From contig JBHGNT010000005.1 in NCBI GenBank assembly GCA_043228905.1, positions 4,216,001-4,280,000 of the forward strand: a stretch of 64,000 nucleotides of DNA, written 5' to 3'. Positions 38,106 through 51,793 of this stretch are shown piece by piece. This stretch comes from Azolla caroliniana (Eukaryota > Plantae > Polypodiophyta). The stretch's first letter is position 1. Each line of letters starts with the position of its first letter. Below the pieces are notes generated by a model. That model saw nothing but the letters and a program-made list of their open reading frames with translations, made no database searches and had not been told where the DNA came from. The translations under genes were made by a program, and so were the position numbers.

Positions 38106-39278
38106 ATGACAATTGGGGCTGTTCACACCAGAAATTCTGTATTTGCTATGGATACAAGTTGTTACAAGTTACAACATTAAGATTGAAATCGCGGAAAACA
38201 CACAACTCTTTCTGTCTCTCTGTTGTCTCGGATTGGGATGAGGCGATTGATTGTTGTGAATGTGATATATGTATACATATGGTATGGAATGGGCCCCCGT
38301 ATGCCCTGTCAATGACAAGCTTGTCGGGAGGTCACCTGCCCAAATGATCCCCCCCCCCCCCCCTTCGAATCGTGTGGTTCATATTCGAGAGCTTAATTTG
38401 TCGAACAACTTCGCGACCAGTTTCTCCTGGGTTTTTTCATGTCCCTGCCACACATATTGCCATCTCTCCCAAACTATACTGGCTATTTGTTCAATTCGGG
38501 CATCTCTCCCAAACTATATTGATCGTCAAAAAACTCAAATTGATTGTTAAGAAGGTTCCATGAAAGTTCAGTTAATCAATAGTTTAGAACACGAGGCAAT
38601 CTTGACGATGGTCTGCTCGAGGGCGTAGACTGATGCTGTATGTGCTAGTTAACCATGAGCATACATATGGAGCCTAGTTATCAAAATCGTAATCATCTAA
38701 TCATTGTTTACAAGCTAAAAGTGGGGCAAGTGAGCAGCTCTAGTCAATGGAGTCAAGAACTTGAGGTGACACACGAGTATGGTTGATGATTGTTATGGTG
38801 AGAGAACATGCATAGCGTCGGGTAACAATTAAACATAGCTTAGAAATTTGTTTATGTCGTCAAGCCTGTCGTGATTGCAAACAATTGAATGATCGTGATC
38901 TAAGATTGGTATGAGGTCATATCATTAGCCTAATTCACTATGTTTGAATAACCGATAGCTTGGCATGATTAATTTTAATAATCAAGGAGAGCATATAAGG
39001 CAATCAATGCATTGCCTACACAATAGGGGTACGCCACAATTTTAGATACAGAACTTTATGCAGTTTTGATGTGAGTGTGGTTCATAGATAGTAGGGAAGT
39101 TGAGGTGATCGAATCTAGTAACAATCGCAACTGACCAAACCCATGGTTTTATCCCGAGTCAAATTCTCGTGTCGAAACTTTCATGCCTATCGTGCAGGTA
39201 TAAGTCTCGGATACAATGGGCACTCCTCTCGATTGCACTTTCGTGAGTAGAAATTTCTTGAACATGGATGGAGAGCCC

Positions 39279-39479
39279 CTGATCATTTCAAAGAGTCCCT
39301 AATCATATCGGAGAGTGACTAATCATATCACAAGGTCCCTAATCATCTATGGGAGTTGCTAATCATATCGGAGAGTGACTAATCATGTCACAGGGTCCCT
39401 AATCATCTTCTGGGAGTTGCTAATCATCTCGGGGAGTGGCTAATCTTCTCGGAGAGTCGCTAATCATCTCGGGAGGAAG
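39279..39479. repeat. Minisatellite: 10 x ~20-bp units with conserved CTAATCAT core and a 60-bp higher-order repeat
   Basis: Units start at 39279, 39299, 39319, 39339, 39359, 39379, 39399, 39420, 39440 and 39460. Units 2-4 resemble units 5-7. Confidence 0.92.
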
Positions 39480-39523
39480 GTTTTTAAGTCCGGTCTCACA
39501 GGTCGCATTTCCACTATCATAAC

Positions 39524-40505
39524 ATGGAGACAGAGAGAATCATGGCATCATCCGAAGAGAAACCGAGAGAGGAGATTCCATTAGAGACGATCCAACGATT
39601 CAGAGGAGAAGCACAGCAGCAGTCCATGAACGCCATCGCCATGCTTCATCATCCTCATCACCATCACCATCACCATCATGCAAATCACTCTTGTGAAGCA
39701 CGTTCAAGGTATGCATTTTCTTTATGTACATGTATAAACTATTATCAACAGTGAAAGCACATCGTGCTAAAAAAACTCCAAGAAGCACAGAGCACAGTCA
39801 TACAAGCAAGCATGTAAGAAGAAAAACTCGATTGCATATAAAGCCCTGGTAGAGAAAAATTCACATCAGCTATTTCTCGATACTTCTTTTTTGTTTCATA
39901 GTTGAGTAAAATAAAACAACCCCAAAAACTTAAAAACCTGAAGACCACATCTTGTAAGCAAGTTGAAAGAAAAGAAAAATCAATATCATAAAATTGATTA
40001 TCTTTATATTCATAATGGCAGAAACCCTTAAAAACATCATATGAGGCAAGTAAAAACCCTGAGAGAGAAGAACCAACTCCAGCCCCCAAACAAAGAAAAT
40101 GTACATCATGCATTTAATACATTATACATCTTTTTTGCATCAGAGGCTAATCACATGCGCATGTGGTTTATGTCATTGAGTGTAGCAAAATTTGGATGAT
40201 TATGATGGTGATGTGGACAATGATGTTAGTGATGGTAGGGATGATGACTAATTTTTTATGGCTAGTGATGATTATGATGGTGATTATGGTTGACAATGCT
40301 GACGATGATTGATGGTGTTAAATCATGAGAATCATTGGATAATGATCATAGATGATGATGATAATGATCGTGATGATGATGTCAACTTCTTTTGGTTTTC
40401 AGGGATAGCATAAGTGATGCCAGAGAGGAAGAAAAGGCGAAAGTAAATCCTGGTATTCAAGCAGAGAATAATACAGAGAACAAAAGTACACAGACTCAAG
40501 AGTAG
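39524..40505 (+). CDS. Candidate small His-rich orphan gene (simplest model 39524-39708 + 40403-40505, 95 aa)
   Basis: ATG in good context (aacATGG), donor AG|GTATGC, acceptor ttttggttttcag|. The phase-2 join gives METERIMASSEEKPREE...HHPHHHHHHHANHSCEARSRDSISDAREEEKAKVNPGIQAENNTENKSTQTQE*. No recognised homology. Confidence 0.35.
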
Positions 40506-40819
40506 GCGGGTGATGGTAACATGGACATACTTGAATGTGCTGTACATAAGTAGATTCGAATCTATAAGGGTATTTAGTTTACTTTTGTTTTATTTGCATT
40601 CATATTTGGCACTGTAGTCCATCCAAAGTGTATGTATAGAGCAGTGGAATGCCCAAAGTAAACATTTTGTATAGGACTATGGTAACTTTTGGTTTGTGTC
40701 CTTCCACTCCATCTCACAAATAGGTGTAAATGTTTGTGATCTATTATGCAATAAATGAGTTTATGTGTTTGTTTCCTCTACTAGAAACATCATTATTAAT
40801 GTTTATTGTTTGACCTTTG

Positions 40820-42175
40820 CATCTTAAGAAGATGTAACTTGAACTTGAAGAGCAAGGTTGCAAAAATGTAAATATTTATGAATTTGGTCCCATAATTAGG
40901 CTTTCATTGATATAAATATGGCTATCCACCCATCCAAGGGATTCCTTGCGATGTACTTCTGAGTTGCAGCTGTTAGACACTTACAGCCCAGTAGTTAGGG
41001 TGCTACAACAGCCAGCTAGTTTGGTGTATTTACTGCCATATTAGTTACTAGTATAGTTGGTTGATTACAGAGTTGGGTTGGGCATAATATAATCAATTTC
41101 TGTCATTTTGGGGAGTTAGTTTGCAGCTTATACCCTCACAAATGTCCCCCTTTTATGGCCGCCTACAGCCATACAACCACTCTTTCTGAGGTCTCTATAT
41201 AAAGCCCCCTTCCCTAGTCATTTTCTTAACCAGATTTTACCCATTTAACATCAGCTAAAAGATGTCTCTGTATTTCTCTCTGATTGGGGGAGTGTTTCAT
41301 CACCATAGAGTTCTCAAAGATTAGGGAATTATTGTGGTCTTACAGATGGCCTTGTGTGGCTTATCAATATGCAACCATTGACATTCACAAAGTTCTCAAT
41401 GGTTAAGGGAATGATCGTGGTCTTACTGATTGCCCTGTGATGTTTACCTATCCTCACATATCTGCTTCACTATCAACGTGCTTAGGTCATTATGTTCTAA
41501 CTCTCGGAAATCAATTACAAGGCCATCAAGCATGTCTTGAGATACATCTCTGGTACAATTCTTTATAGGATCTTATATCACTATAGTTTGGCATGCACTC
41601 TTCAACATGTTTATCTCTCTGTACTCTAAGTCTCAGAAATCAATGACAGTACCAAAAAAGATTGCCTTACGATACGTCTCTGATACAGTTCCTGATATGA
41701 TCTTCTATCACCATGGTGTGGGATGCACTCATTCAACATGATCTAAATCTAATTTAGTTAGGAAACCCAGAACTCATCAGTTACCTGTAAGTGTGATATT
41801 TAACTCAGTTATGGTCCCATGTCATCGAGTGATACGTGGAAACTATGGTTTTTCTATTATCAAGCTGAGTATTGGGGACTATTGCATGTGTAGCAGCTTC
41901 ACGACATTTGACTCCTGAGCTGATTGCTCTTCTTTTTGGGTGTGATAATAGCTTCCCTGCCATCTCTCAGGACCATCACGGCGATGCCAAATATATTTTG
42001 GTGCAGTATCAATATGTGTGTGAGTGAGTCCTTGTTAGAGATTTGCATCTGGATTATTGTTCATCTGTGATAAACAATGCTTCAGATATCTTCATCAAAG
42101 ATGTACAGCTGAATGTGTTGGTTACTCAGTTAAAGCTAATATTGGCTGAACTCATACTGATGCTGAGGGGAGTGC
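40820..42175 (+). mobile_element. Highly degraded Ty1/copia RT-RNase H relic
   Basis: Fragments AIKHVLRYISGT (~41520) and GCDNS..HGDAKYILVQYQYVCE*VLVRDLHLDYCSSVINNASDIFIK resemble the copia RNase H end. A PPT-like gaggggag followed by TG lies at ~42165. Boundaries are approximate. Confidence 0.7.
40971..41250. mobile_element. Putative old solo LTR (280 bp) inserted in the copia relic
   Basis: TGTTAG...TTAACA termini, flanks GCAGC/TCAGC (4/5 match), internal TATA-like ctatataaag. Confidence 0.5.
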
Positions 42176-43349
42176 TAACAAAACTCCCTCGTTTAGTGAC
42201 AACCATGAGTGGAGTAAAATGGAAGTTTCAGAAAGGAGCATGCTCATGTGGAAAGCGCCGAATCATGGCAACAGATAAGAGACCTAGAGGACAAGCTAGC
42301 CAAAATGGAGTTGTGGATCAAGGCACTGGAAGAGGATGAGAAAAAAAGTGCAGGACATGCTAACCTTTTGAATCAGATTCCAAAGGTGAAGAAAACTGAG
42401 GAGGCCCAGCGAAGTGCAGACAAAGAATGTAAAAGAGTAGGAGATATGCAGAAGGCGCCTGAGCGACGAATATTGGATCCGGGATAAGGAATCAGTGATA
42501 AGCCATGGAGATAGCACCTTCCAAGTACTGAAAGAATATCATCAAGAGAAGGAGGCAGTGTTGTGATGCATTTGTCTCATGACGACCATCTCGGCAAAAC
42601 ATACACCTCACCGTAAATGGTAATTTGAAGGTTGCTAAAAGAAGAGAGATGGAAAAATAGAGATATCTATCTCATACGCAAAGGGTAAATTGTGTAGGAG
42701 AGTATATTGGCATGTGATGAGTATCCTAGTAAAACCTATGCTTAAATGGTAATTTGAAGAGAAAAATGGGGAAATGGAGATATCCCTTGTTATGCCAATT
42801 TTTGTGCAAGCTGAACTCTCATGTGGTTGTATGAAAATTTGCAACATGTGCTCACTTTTGCAACACGCTTTCATGGGGTAAAAATGAAGTTCAGTAAGCA
42901 ACATGTGCTGATGAGAGCAAAATGTGCTCATGGGTTCAAAATGGTGTGGATGCATTGGGAGGCAACATGCATTTTTTGAACAGGTAACACATGGTTCAAG
43001 AGGAATGTGTGCTCTATGCAACATGTGTTCCAAAAGAAACGTGCATCTGAAAAGGAACATGAGCTCTAGGAGCAACTCATGCTCTATGCTATGCATTTTT
43101 TGAACAAGAAACGGGTAATGATAATGGAGATGGTTCACAAGCATGAAGTGATAGCTAATATGTATGGCTCAAGTCGTGGTAAGGGGATGTATCGGCTGGT
43201 TGGTGCAATAGAGTGAGGCGATGATAAAGTTAACCAAGTGCATTTGGGTGCCCTCGTGCAGATTGGACATGGTGAGCAATGGTCTCCATGATTTGGTGAT
43301 GGTATGTATGGCTCATGGCCTTGTATCAAAGGTGAATGTACAAATGAAG

Positions 43350-44620
43350 AGATGCTAGAATATGTACCAAGGCTATATATGCATGAGGGAATGACTCTTG
43401 CACTTGAGAACATTGAAACACCTTGTATTACAGGCATTGATTTTGAGTATGTCAATAAGGAACAAAAAGGATGGCAATTGCAAACTAACAGATATAATGC
43501 TCATTACATGTGAGCTCTTAAAATGGACAGTGTCACATGGTTGTAATCGGATAAACACTATTAAAGATGAACCATTAAACAAGCTTTGCTGAATGATTGG
43601 CTCATGAGTTGGATTAAGTCAAAATTTAAAGCAGGAGGCAAGAATCAAATGATCACAAACTCATGGTGAGCTCATCTATTTCTGAATTATATAGCACAAT
43701 CATGGAGCAAAAGATAAGTGCATGGGCTGAAAGTAGCCCTTGGGCAAGCAAGTTTTAGACCAAAACACTCCGTTGTGGCTCATTTGGTTACATTTAGAGT
43801 AATTGTGGAAGAAAGTTGGCCACAAGGAAAAACACTCATTGTTGTTTTGTTGATTTAATAAAAGCTTTTCACGCAATAACACATAGTGAGCTTTGGAATT
43901 GAATGGTGGAAATTGGCATGCCATTAGAGTATTGAGTTTCCATTGATGATCATATTAGCAAGTTGGATGGCAACCAAAAACTGAGGATGGATTCTCATAA
44001 TAGTTTTTAAGTAACCTAGGGGTTAAGGAAGGATGTCCACTATCACTTACAATCTATGGTATGGAAGAAGTGGTGAATTGGGCAGCAAGAGAAGATGGAT
44101 TAGATGCTCCAAAACTTATGCCACAAGTTATCTTATTGCTTTCATATGTGGAGGATGTAGTTCTCATTTTATATGATGTTGATGGTATGCAACATTTGCT
44201 TGGTGCATTAGAAGCATTTTGCCTAAGTAATGGACTAACTGTGAATGTGGATAAAACAAAAATGATGGTAGTGTGAACCATGCAACGCCATTGATACCCG
44301 ACAATTACATATAAGGGAGAACATGTAGAATTTGTGCAAAGCTTTATGTATCTTGTTATTGATGTACCTACCAGAAATAAATAGATTATATGCTTCAAGC
44401 TGGTTGGAAACGTTTACCACCTCCTACTAAGTTATGCTTTTGGAAACAAGTGTTTGACCTATAGAGACAGTGGCACTATAATAGAGTATATATACATTAT
44501 AAAAGTCAATAATATGCTAAATCATAGATTACCATGTCTTGCTTGGAATGATGGATGTAAAATATCGAAGAATCACGAGAGGAAAATTCCAAAAATGGTT
44601 TGACCTATGGAGACAAAGTT
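43350..44620 (+). mobile_element. Degraded non-LTR (LINE) reverse transcriptase relic
   Basis: Fragments QASFRPKHSVVAHLVTFRVIVEES..CCFVDLIKAF, GVKEGCPLS, and LLLSYVEDVVL..MQHLLGALEAFCLSNGLTVNVDKTKMMV match LINE RT motifs (QxGFR, FVDFxKAFD, GVxQGCPLS, YADD). Frameshifts and stops are present. Confidence 0.85.
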
Positions 44621-45902
44621 GCGTAGCCTTTGAGTGAATCGATTCCTCATGGATTGCTCATAGAGAAATACTCAATCGTGCTTTTAAATGGGACGCCTAG
44701 ATAGACATAGGGGCCATGGTGGCAGAATACATGAGCGCAACAGTGTCCATGGTGTTCAATAACCATAGTTTAATACAAGGCTCCTAGAAATGTGCCTGGT
44801 GGCATTGTTGTATTAGCATGGCTATTGATCCTTGCAGCTCCTAACAAGGTAAAAAAAACTTGGTGGTGAATCTATGCAGATGTGTAGAATGTCATGGCCA
44901 CAGCCTTTCATGGTTTATTGTGAACCCTTTTTGGCTAGAAAAAGACCATCTTGGGCATTGGGATGATGTTGCAGACCTGTGATAGAACCATAAACCTAGA
45001 TTATGTCATTAGAGAATGTGGACATGTGTGCCCAATATATTGATTCCCTAGCTGCCTCCATGTGTAATGGAGAGCAATCTTGTATATTGCGGGGCATGCA
45101 TCCACTGTGATGTAAGAGACACAATACAGCCAACCATGAAGCTCTGAATGTTGTTTCAATAGGCATTGGCAGGTGTCTAGTCAGGACTTGTCTTCTTAAG
45201 TTCCAACATGAAGAGATAACAAATAAAGGGGGCGATTCTCTCTGCTTATTCTTATTTCAAATTTCCGATACCCATGTGGGTCGTGCATTGTAATGCCCTG
45301 GGATTTTATTACGCATGTTGCTTTTAAATTTTAGGGAACATCATTGAAATGCGACTCTTCTTTACCTAAATCCTGCAATGCCACTAGACTTTTCCTAAAG
45401 TTGAAAATGTCATTCCACTTTCCCCAATTCGCAGAGGGTAGTATCTTGATAATTGTTCCTATATTTCATTCTCATTCCTAGCTTCAAGATGGAATATTTG
45501 TGAGATTTATCTTTATATAATTGTTAACAAACATAAAATATTTGTTTAGATGATGTATGCAAATCTTTAGTTTCTAGTGGGGTGTTATGTAGAAACTAAT
45601 TTCAAATTCAATTTTTATATATAATTTAGACACTGATAATAATTCACAAGCATTGATAGGCAGCAAGACAAAACATGCTCATGTCTATACAAAAACTATA
45701 TGATTGTTTCATAGTTGTGAATATGGCATTTTTAGAAAGTGAGAAAAGGGTTGGTCTCTCACACCCACTAGGTAAGCATTGTCTAAATACTTTAGGCAGG
45801 ATGATGTTGAGAGAATATTAATCTCTAGAGAGCTCAGATAGAGTGGTGCAACACTAGGTTATTACATACACTAGATGTGTTCAGCAGATTTATTGAGGAC
45901 TT

Positions 45903-46002
45903 TAAGATTAACATTTGCTTATGATTTTCAATATTGTTTGCTTCTACTTGTCTAAGATTAATATTTGCTTATGATTTTCAATATTGTTTGCCTCTACTTG
46001 AC
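45903..46002. repeat. 50-bp tandem duplication
   Basis: 'taagattaa.atttgcttatgattttcaatattgtttgc.tctacttg' occurs twice. Confidence 0.9.
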
Positions 46003-49000
46003 TTTGGGTTGTTATAGATTGATGAATTTGAGAGTTTTGTGATGATCATAACAAGGTGGGCATGTGGTTGTAAATTTGATCGTAAGCTTGGTTTAGCAAC
46101 TTAAATTAAAAGTATGCCTTATGGTAAGGTGGCTATATGTATAAATGTTGTAAATGCTGAAATGTAAAGGACTACTGGTTTAAGAATATGGAATGTTCCT
46201 AGTTTATTTACATACTAGTTAAGAAGGAGTTGAAGCAACAATAAGAATAACAATGATTCAAAATTTAGACTGTGAACATGAATGACTTAGTTAGAAATTG
46301 AGAATATGTAGGGCACTATTTAAGCTGCATTTCACTTAATTCTTCCCTTAGTTTTTGTATTGTACATGTACACTTGCAATTTAGTCTTGAAACATGGATG
46401 TAACTTGAAATTTGTACAACTTTGAAGGATTGATAAATATATAGGGCAACATTTGAATGATGATTCCTTTAAATTCTCCCCCTAGGCAATATTTTATGAT
46501 GGCTCACCTACAATCACTCATGGTCGTCCATCCATGTACTCCAATTTTGGCACTTGTTTCATACATGAAAAACCTAGGAATTTTCATCAAGTAATATTGT
46601 TGCGCTAGAGAACTGTTACTTTCTATTTTCATAAGAAGCCTTTGTTATGATTATGTTGTCACTACGTTGCAATTGTACACTTAATAGTCATTTATGGTCT
46701 TTTACATCCATGTTGGGACATTTCCATATTCTCCATGTTGGGTCATTTCAATATACTCCATGTTTGGCACTTTAATTAGTTTTGTACATAAAGTAGGAAT
46801 ATTTATCAAATAATGTTGTTATGATGATGTGGTAGTGTTGCCTTTTCTTGTTCCCTTTTGATTAGGTAGCATTAGCATGTCATTATGTATCATGCGTATG
46901 TACATTTGACCATTGGTAGCATATGTGTGCATCATGGTCCTTTCTCGTAATCGTTCAAGTTGATCTTGAACCATTTTCAAGCATATGTTTTCCGCCTATA
47001 TTTATTGCCATGACATAGAGACATGGGCAAGATAACCTCATGCATTGAAGTTTTTGTTGAAAATAAAATAAAATCAATTCAAGCTTTCTTGTTGGTGCAT
47101 TTAGTGTGAGCTGGCAAGAGTTTCCTATTGATATTTTGTTTCTCTTGCTTCCATAATTGCAAGCTCTTCCTCTCCTTGATAGACAAGAAGTCTTGTTTTG
47201 GCCCTTCAAAAGAATCACGTGTGTACTATGTTTCTCCATCTATGCCATTGTCCTAAAAAATTTCACAATTTGCATCGCTATCCCAACATGTTTTCTTGAT
47301 TGTATCATGGAGTCCTTAAATAATGTTAGTACTAAAAAAAGCATCGGCTCACTCAAAGTAGTCTATGGAGAGAAATTAAGAAATATAGAGTCAAAAAGTT
47401 AGAATAAGTTTTTTATATTATTATCTAGTTATGAAGAATGTGATTACAGTTTGTGTTGAAGCCCCACCAATTGCATCATGCATATATTTCCACATGGGTT
47501 GTTGGGCTAGTTTTGGAGGTGACATCCAAATAAGAGCAATGGGTTGCGTTTCAGCAAAGCAAGGTTGTACACGGAGGTTTCATGCCTTGGTAAAAGTTCT
47601 TTCCCACTTGTCAAGACTATGATCGTATGGGAGAGAAGTTTTCTCCTACTGTAAAAGTTTGGGGTGAAAACTAGGGTGAAGTTTTCAATACGCCTACAAA
47701 ACTCTAGTCATAGTTGAATCCTTGCCGACATGAATTAAATGAAGATATTGAGAAGTTATAGAAGGGAGTGCACATGTGTTGGAACCACAAAGTCATCATA
47801 CAATTCCATTGTATGTCTATTTGATTTTAAATTCGCCCCAAAGTGAATGGTTCTTTCTATTGAGTTTAGGTCTACGGTGCCATTAGTTGGTGATACCAAT
47901 AGTTATTTTTCTCAAAGAAAAGTAGGTCTAATATCCATGTAATGATTTCAAAAGCCATTAGATGCCAACATGTGGAGCGAGTTATCTCATTGAAAAGTAA
48001 ACTTAATATCCATCATGCTATTGTGACACTCATGCACAATCAATCTCCCATGGACAATAAAAAGATATGTATGTATCTATCTCGACATACATTTGCAACG
48101 ATCCCTTTGTACAAGGCAAACCTCCATTTCCCGTGTGTTTAATCTCCATGTATGTAATGATCTCCAAATTCTTTTCTATTCTATCTGCCATGGAGACCTT
48201 TTTCAAGCTTAATGGCATCCTCAAATAAAGTGCAGGCAATTTAATTTAAGAAGTTGTAGAAATATATCCATTGAGTTTTAGAGGATACCCTATATCCCTT
48301 GAGTTTTAGGGATATTTTAACTTAATTCTTAAGAGTTGGCAAGTGTCCAGATCAAAATCAATTCAGAGGCAATAAGCATTAGAACCCTAAAATTGTGAAA
48401 GTTTATACCCAATTCTCAAATCGGAACACAAAGACTAATGTGAAAACTTTAATTTTTAAATGATTCGTTGCCATTGCCTTTGATTTAAAAGGTTTTAGTT
48501 GACATGCACTAAAGCCTAAAGCCTAAACCATTTTTTGGGCCAAATGAGGAAGAGTCGTGATCATTTGATCGAACTTACATTCACAAACCAAAAGATTTTC
48601 CAACACCACCTATACTAATTTCGGCGACATTTAATTATTGGGATGTATGAAGCAATGCTCTCACGTTGTGATGTCATATCTCTTCTAATTGATTATCATA
48701 TGAGGTACTAATCTTTCAACCACCAATAAAAATAACATGCAAGCATTACGCACATTTCACGTTGTTTTTCATAGACATTTATAGGTGAAATTGTGAGAAA
48801 TGTGAGGGTATGATGGTTATGTTTTCATGTATGAGTTCTTTGTAGCCTTTGGGCATCCTGCCATTGATACCAAGGTGAACCTTTAAAAAAAACATTGCTA
48901 TTATGATGTAGGAGGCTTGTACTATTGATGACTCGACGAATGGGTCACATAGGTATTCGTAAAGGATTTTAGGTGAAGTTCTTTTTGAAGGATTTAGGCA

Positions 49001-51615
49001 ACTTTAAATAGTGCAATGTTCAACTTCAACTTGAGGATATCCCCAGTTTACGAGATGGGCATCACATATGTTGTGAACACATGGTTTCTCTCTAACATGT
49101 TTTTTCTAGTGTTTGTGGCATAATATTCTATTTTCTAGATATAAATTTGGTTGTCAAGAGCCCACATAAAGCTCAATTGGACCTTGGTTTATGTCTTAAG
49201 TAGGCAAGGTTGATTATATCCAAAGTGAGTGCCACAACTTTTCCAAATAGCAGATGGGTGGTCACTTGGGATGTGACATTAGAAATCTCCCAATTACATT
49301 GTGAGGAAAGTTAAATATTACTTTCTCATCATCATCTAATGTCAAGCCCACATTGAACACCCAAAGTCTCAATTGATCACGTGGAAATTTCAGGAGCTTT
49401 CGATTTACATGGCCGAGAGTGAGGTAACATATCCACATCAAAGTAGAGAAAAAGAAAAGGGGAAAAGGAGGTGAAGAATAGTCTCATAAAATTAAGATGA
49501 ATGTTCACACATTAGGAGTCTTGACTCTTGACTCTTTGGGGGAGGTTCATATCCCAAAAAAAGCACGTGATTTAAATGCCTCATGTTAATATGCCATGTG
49601 ACTAAACTCATGGATGACTTTGGATTGGCTCTCTATTTAAAAAAATATTTGCCCTCTATTGGTTAGCATGGAAAACTAAAGTAATAGTTTATTATTAATT
49701 TGTTTTTCGCACATGTCATGAATATAACACATGGTCTATCAATCATTTAGACTTCATTTACAGATTTTATTTTTATTATAAACAATACGAATAAGCATTC
49801 ACATCCTTCTTAGGTATGTGGTGCAAAAAGCGCGTTTTTGAACCAATGCTTGAATTTTGCATTTGCTTGCCTCCTTAGTTTATGTGGCTTATGTTTGCAC
49901 TGCAAATGAGTTAGTTAGCCTTACCTAAGAGGTTAGATGGGTATAATCCAGTGATTGAGTTCACCTCAGTTTTTATGGTTCACGTCCCACTGAAGTTGGG
50001 TATGTGGGGTGGCTCCTAAGTACTAGGTCTTAGAGCCGATGTCAATGTAGGCTCGAGATTCCTATAAGTATCATGCTTAAACTAATAAACCAATGGCTTA
50101 TGCTAGAAACTCATAAGAAGAACCAATATTTGTATGAATCAATGAGAGATTTTGGATTCCATGTGACATTAGGTTTTAGACGCCTAATGGCTTTTGAATT
50201 AGATTTATGGCGTGGTGGTTATATGGGTGGCTTATGACTTGACAATTGCCATGCAAGTCATTCTACTTAGTGGCTTTTGAAATGAAACGCAATTCACTTA
50301 ATCATAATTCCAAGTGTAGAGCCATCTTGTCCCCACAAAGTAATTCTTCTCTATCATTCAAGTGTGCAAATTCATATTGATAAAGTTTTCATGTCATATC
50401 TTTGTCCTTGGGACGATTGGGCTCTAGAGTCACTGTGAATGAAAGCTTGAGAAGGTTAGCACATGGCATTTCCAAAGACATTGTGCTAGGCCTAAAAATG
50501 AGGATTTCTCCTTGAAGCCTACAAGAAAGAAAAAATCTAGAAGCAAAGAGAGGTTCTTGAAACATTGTGGGCAAGTGGAAAGGCGTTTTTCCATGTCAAT
50601 GTTGGATGTTGCAAAGATAGATAATTTTATTTGACGCGATTGAACTAATGGTTAAATATCCCACTAGCTCTCCTATTAGTACTAGATTGATCCTAACTTC
50701 TATACGTATTTGCATTGTAGCATACAAGTGTGGAATTCCATTAATATTGTTTGCACATGTCTTCTTCGAGTGTTTGAGGCACCTTGAAATGCCCCTTCTT
50801 AAGGTAGTTTGAGCATGATTCACGATTTCTAATCATTCCATTGTCACATTGCTTCCAAATCACATGCTTGAATTAGGCATACCGTCAAAAGTATATAAAG
50901 TTCTTACTTGTGAAGCGAAAGAGTGGCGAGTTGAGACATTAAGACATTAAGACATAGTTGATTGATATGGTTTCATATCAAGACATTCTAAATGCCACAA
51001 AACCTATTGGCCTATATAAACCTACTAATAAGACTACAATAGTTGCTAGCACAAGAGTTTAAGCAAAATGAAATATTTGGAAGGTGTAACCAATCAGTTA
51101 TGGCCATTTGTTGGATTTTCGAGCATTTCAACCCAATTTGTTATGTTAGAGTGAATATTTACACACGGGGACATAGTGTCCAATATTCATTGTGACTTAA
51201 TTTTCATCCGAACATAGTTTGGACAAAAGTTTGAGCATGAAAATTTCGTAGAGAAGTTTGAACATGAGGCCAAGGGCAAAATGTCAATCAAAAGGTGTGA
51301 TAAAATGTGAATTTGAAGGTCATGATTCAAATTGCAAATCCAGGTCATCTTATCTTCACATCCAAGTTGTTACGATGATGTGGCCATCTCCTTTGATTTG
51401 TTGATAGGAAAACAAAGGAAGTGCAAATATATTTTAGTTTGGTGGAACTTCATGCGCTTGGTTATCCCAACATATTTACAAGACGTACACATGTGGAGTA
51501 AAACTTACTTTAGAAACTATAATGTAGATATTTCTTTTCTTTCCTCGTGATTTTTCTTTCATAATTGTTTTTATGTCATTTTTACAAGTAATGATTCCAT
51601 CATGTTTTTGAAGAG

Positions 51616-51793
51616 TTGACAAAGTGACTCATTGGGTGTTTTGTCATGTAAGCCATAGTGCTATGTTGTTCAACCTTAATAAACTCTTTTTATGCCTATT
51701 TTATGAGCCATTCCATTAGGTTTCCTAATAATTGACAAAGTGACACTTACTGGGTGTTTTGTCATGTGACGCATAGTGCCATGTTGCTCAACA
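51616..51793. repeat. Diverged ~60-bp direct repeat (spacing ~116 bp)
   Basis: 'ttgacaaagtgac..tgggtgttttgtcatgt..catagtgc.atgttg.tcaac' occurs at 51616 and 51732. Confidence 0.75.

Noticed and set aside
39279-39479. CRISPR-like repeat/spacer interpretation of the 20-bp array
   Set aside because: The conserved core is only 8 bp, the spacers are related to each other, there are no cas genes, and the context is eukaryotic.
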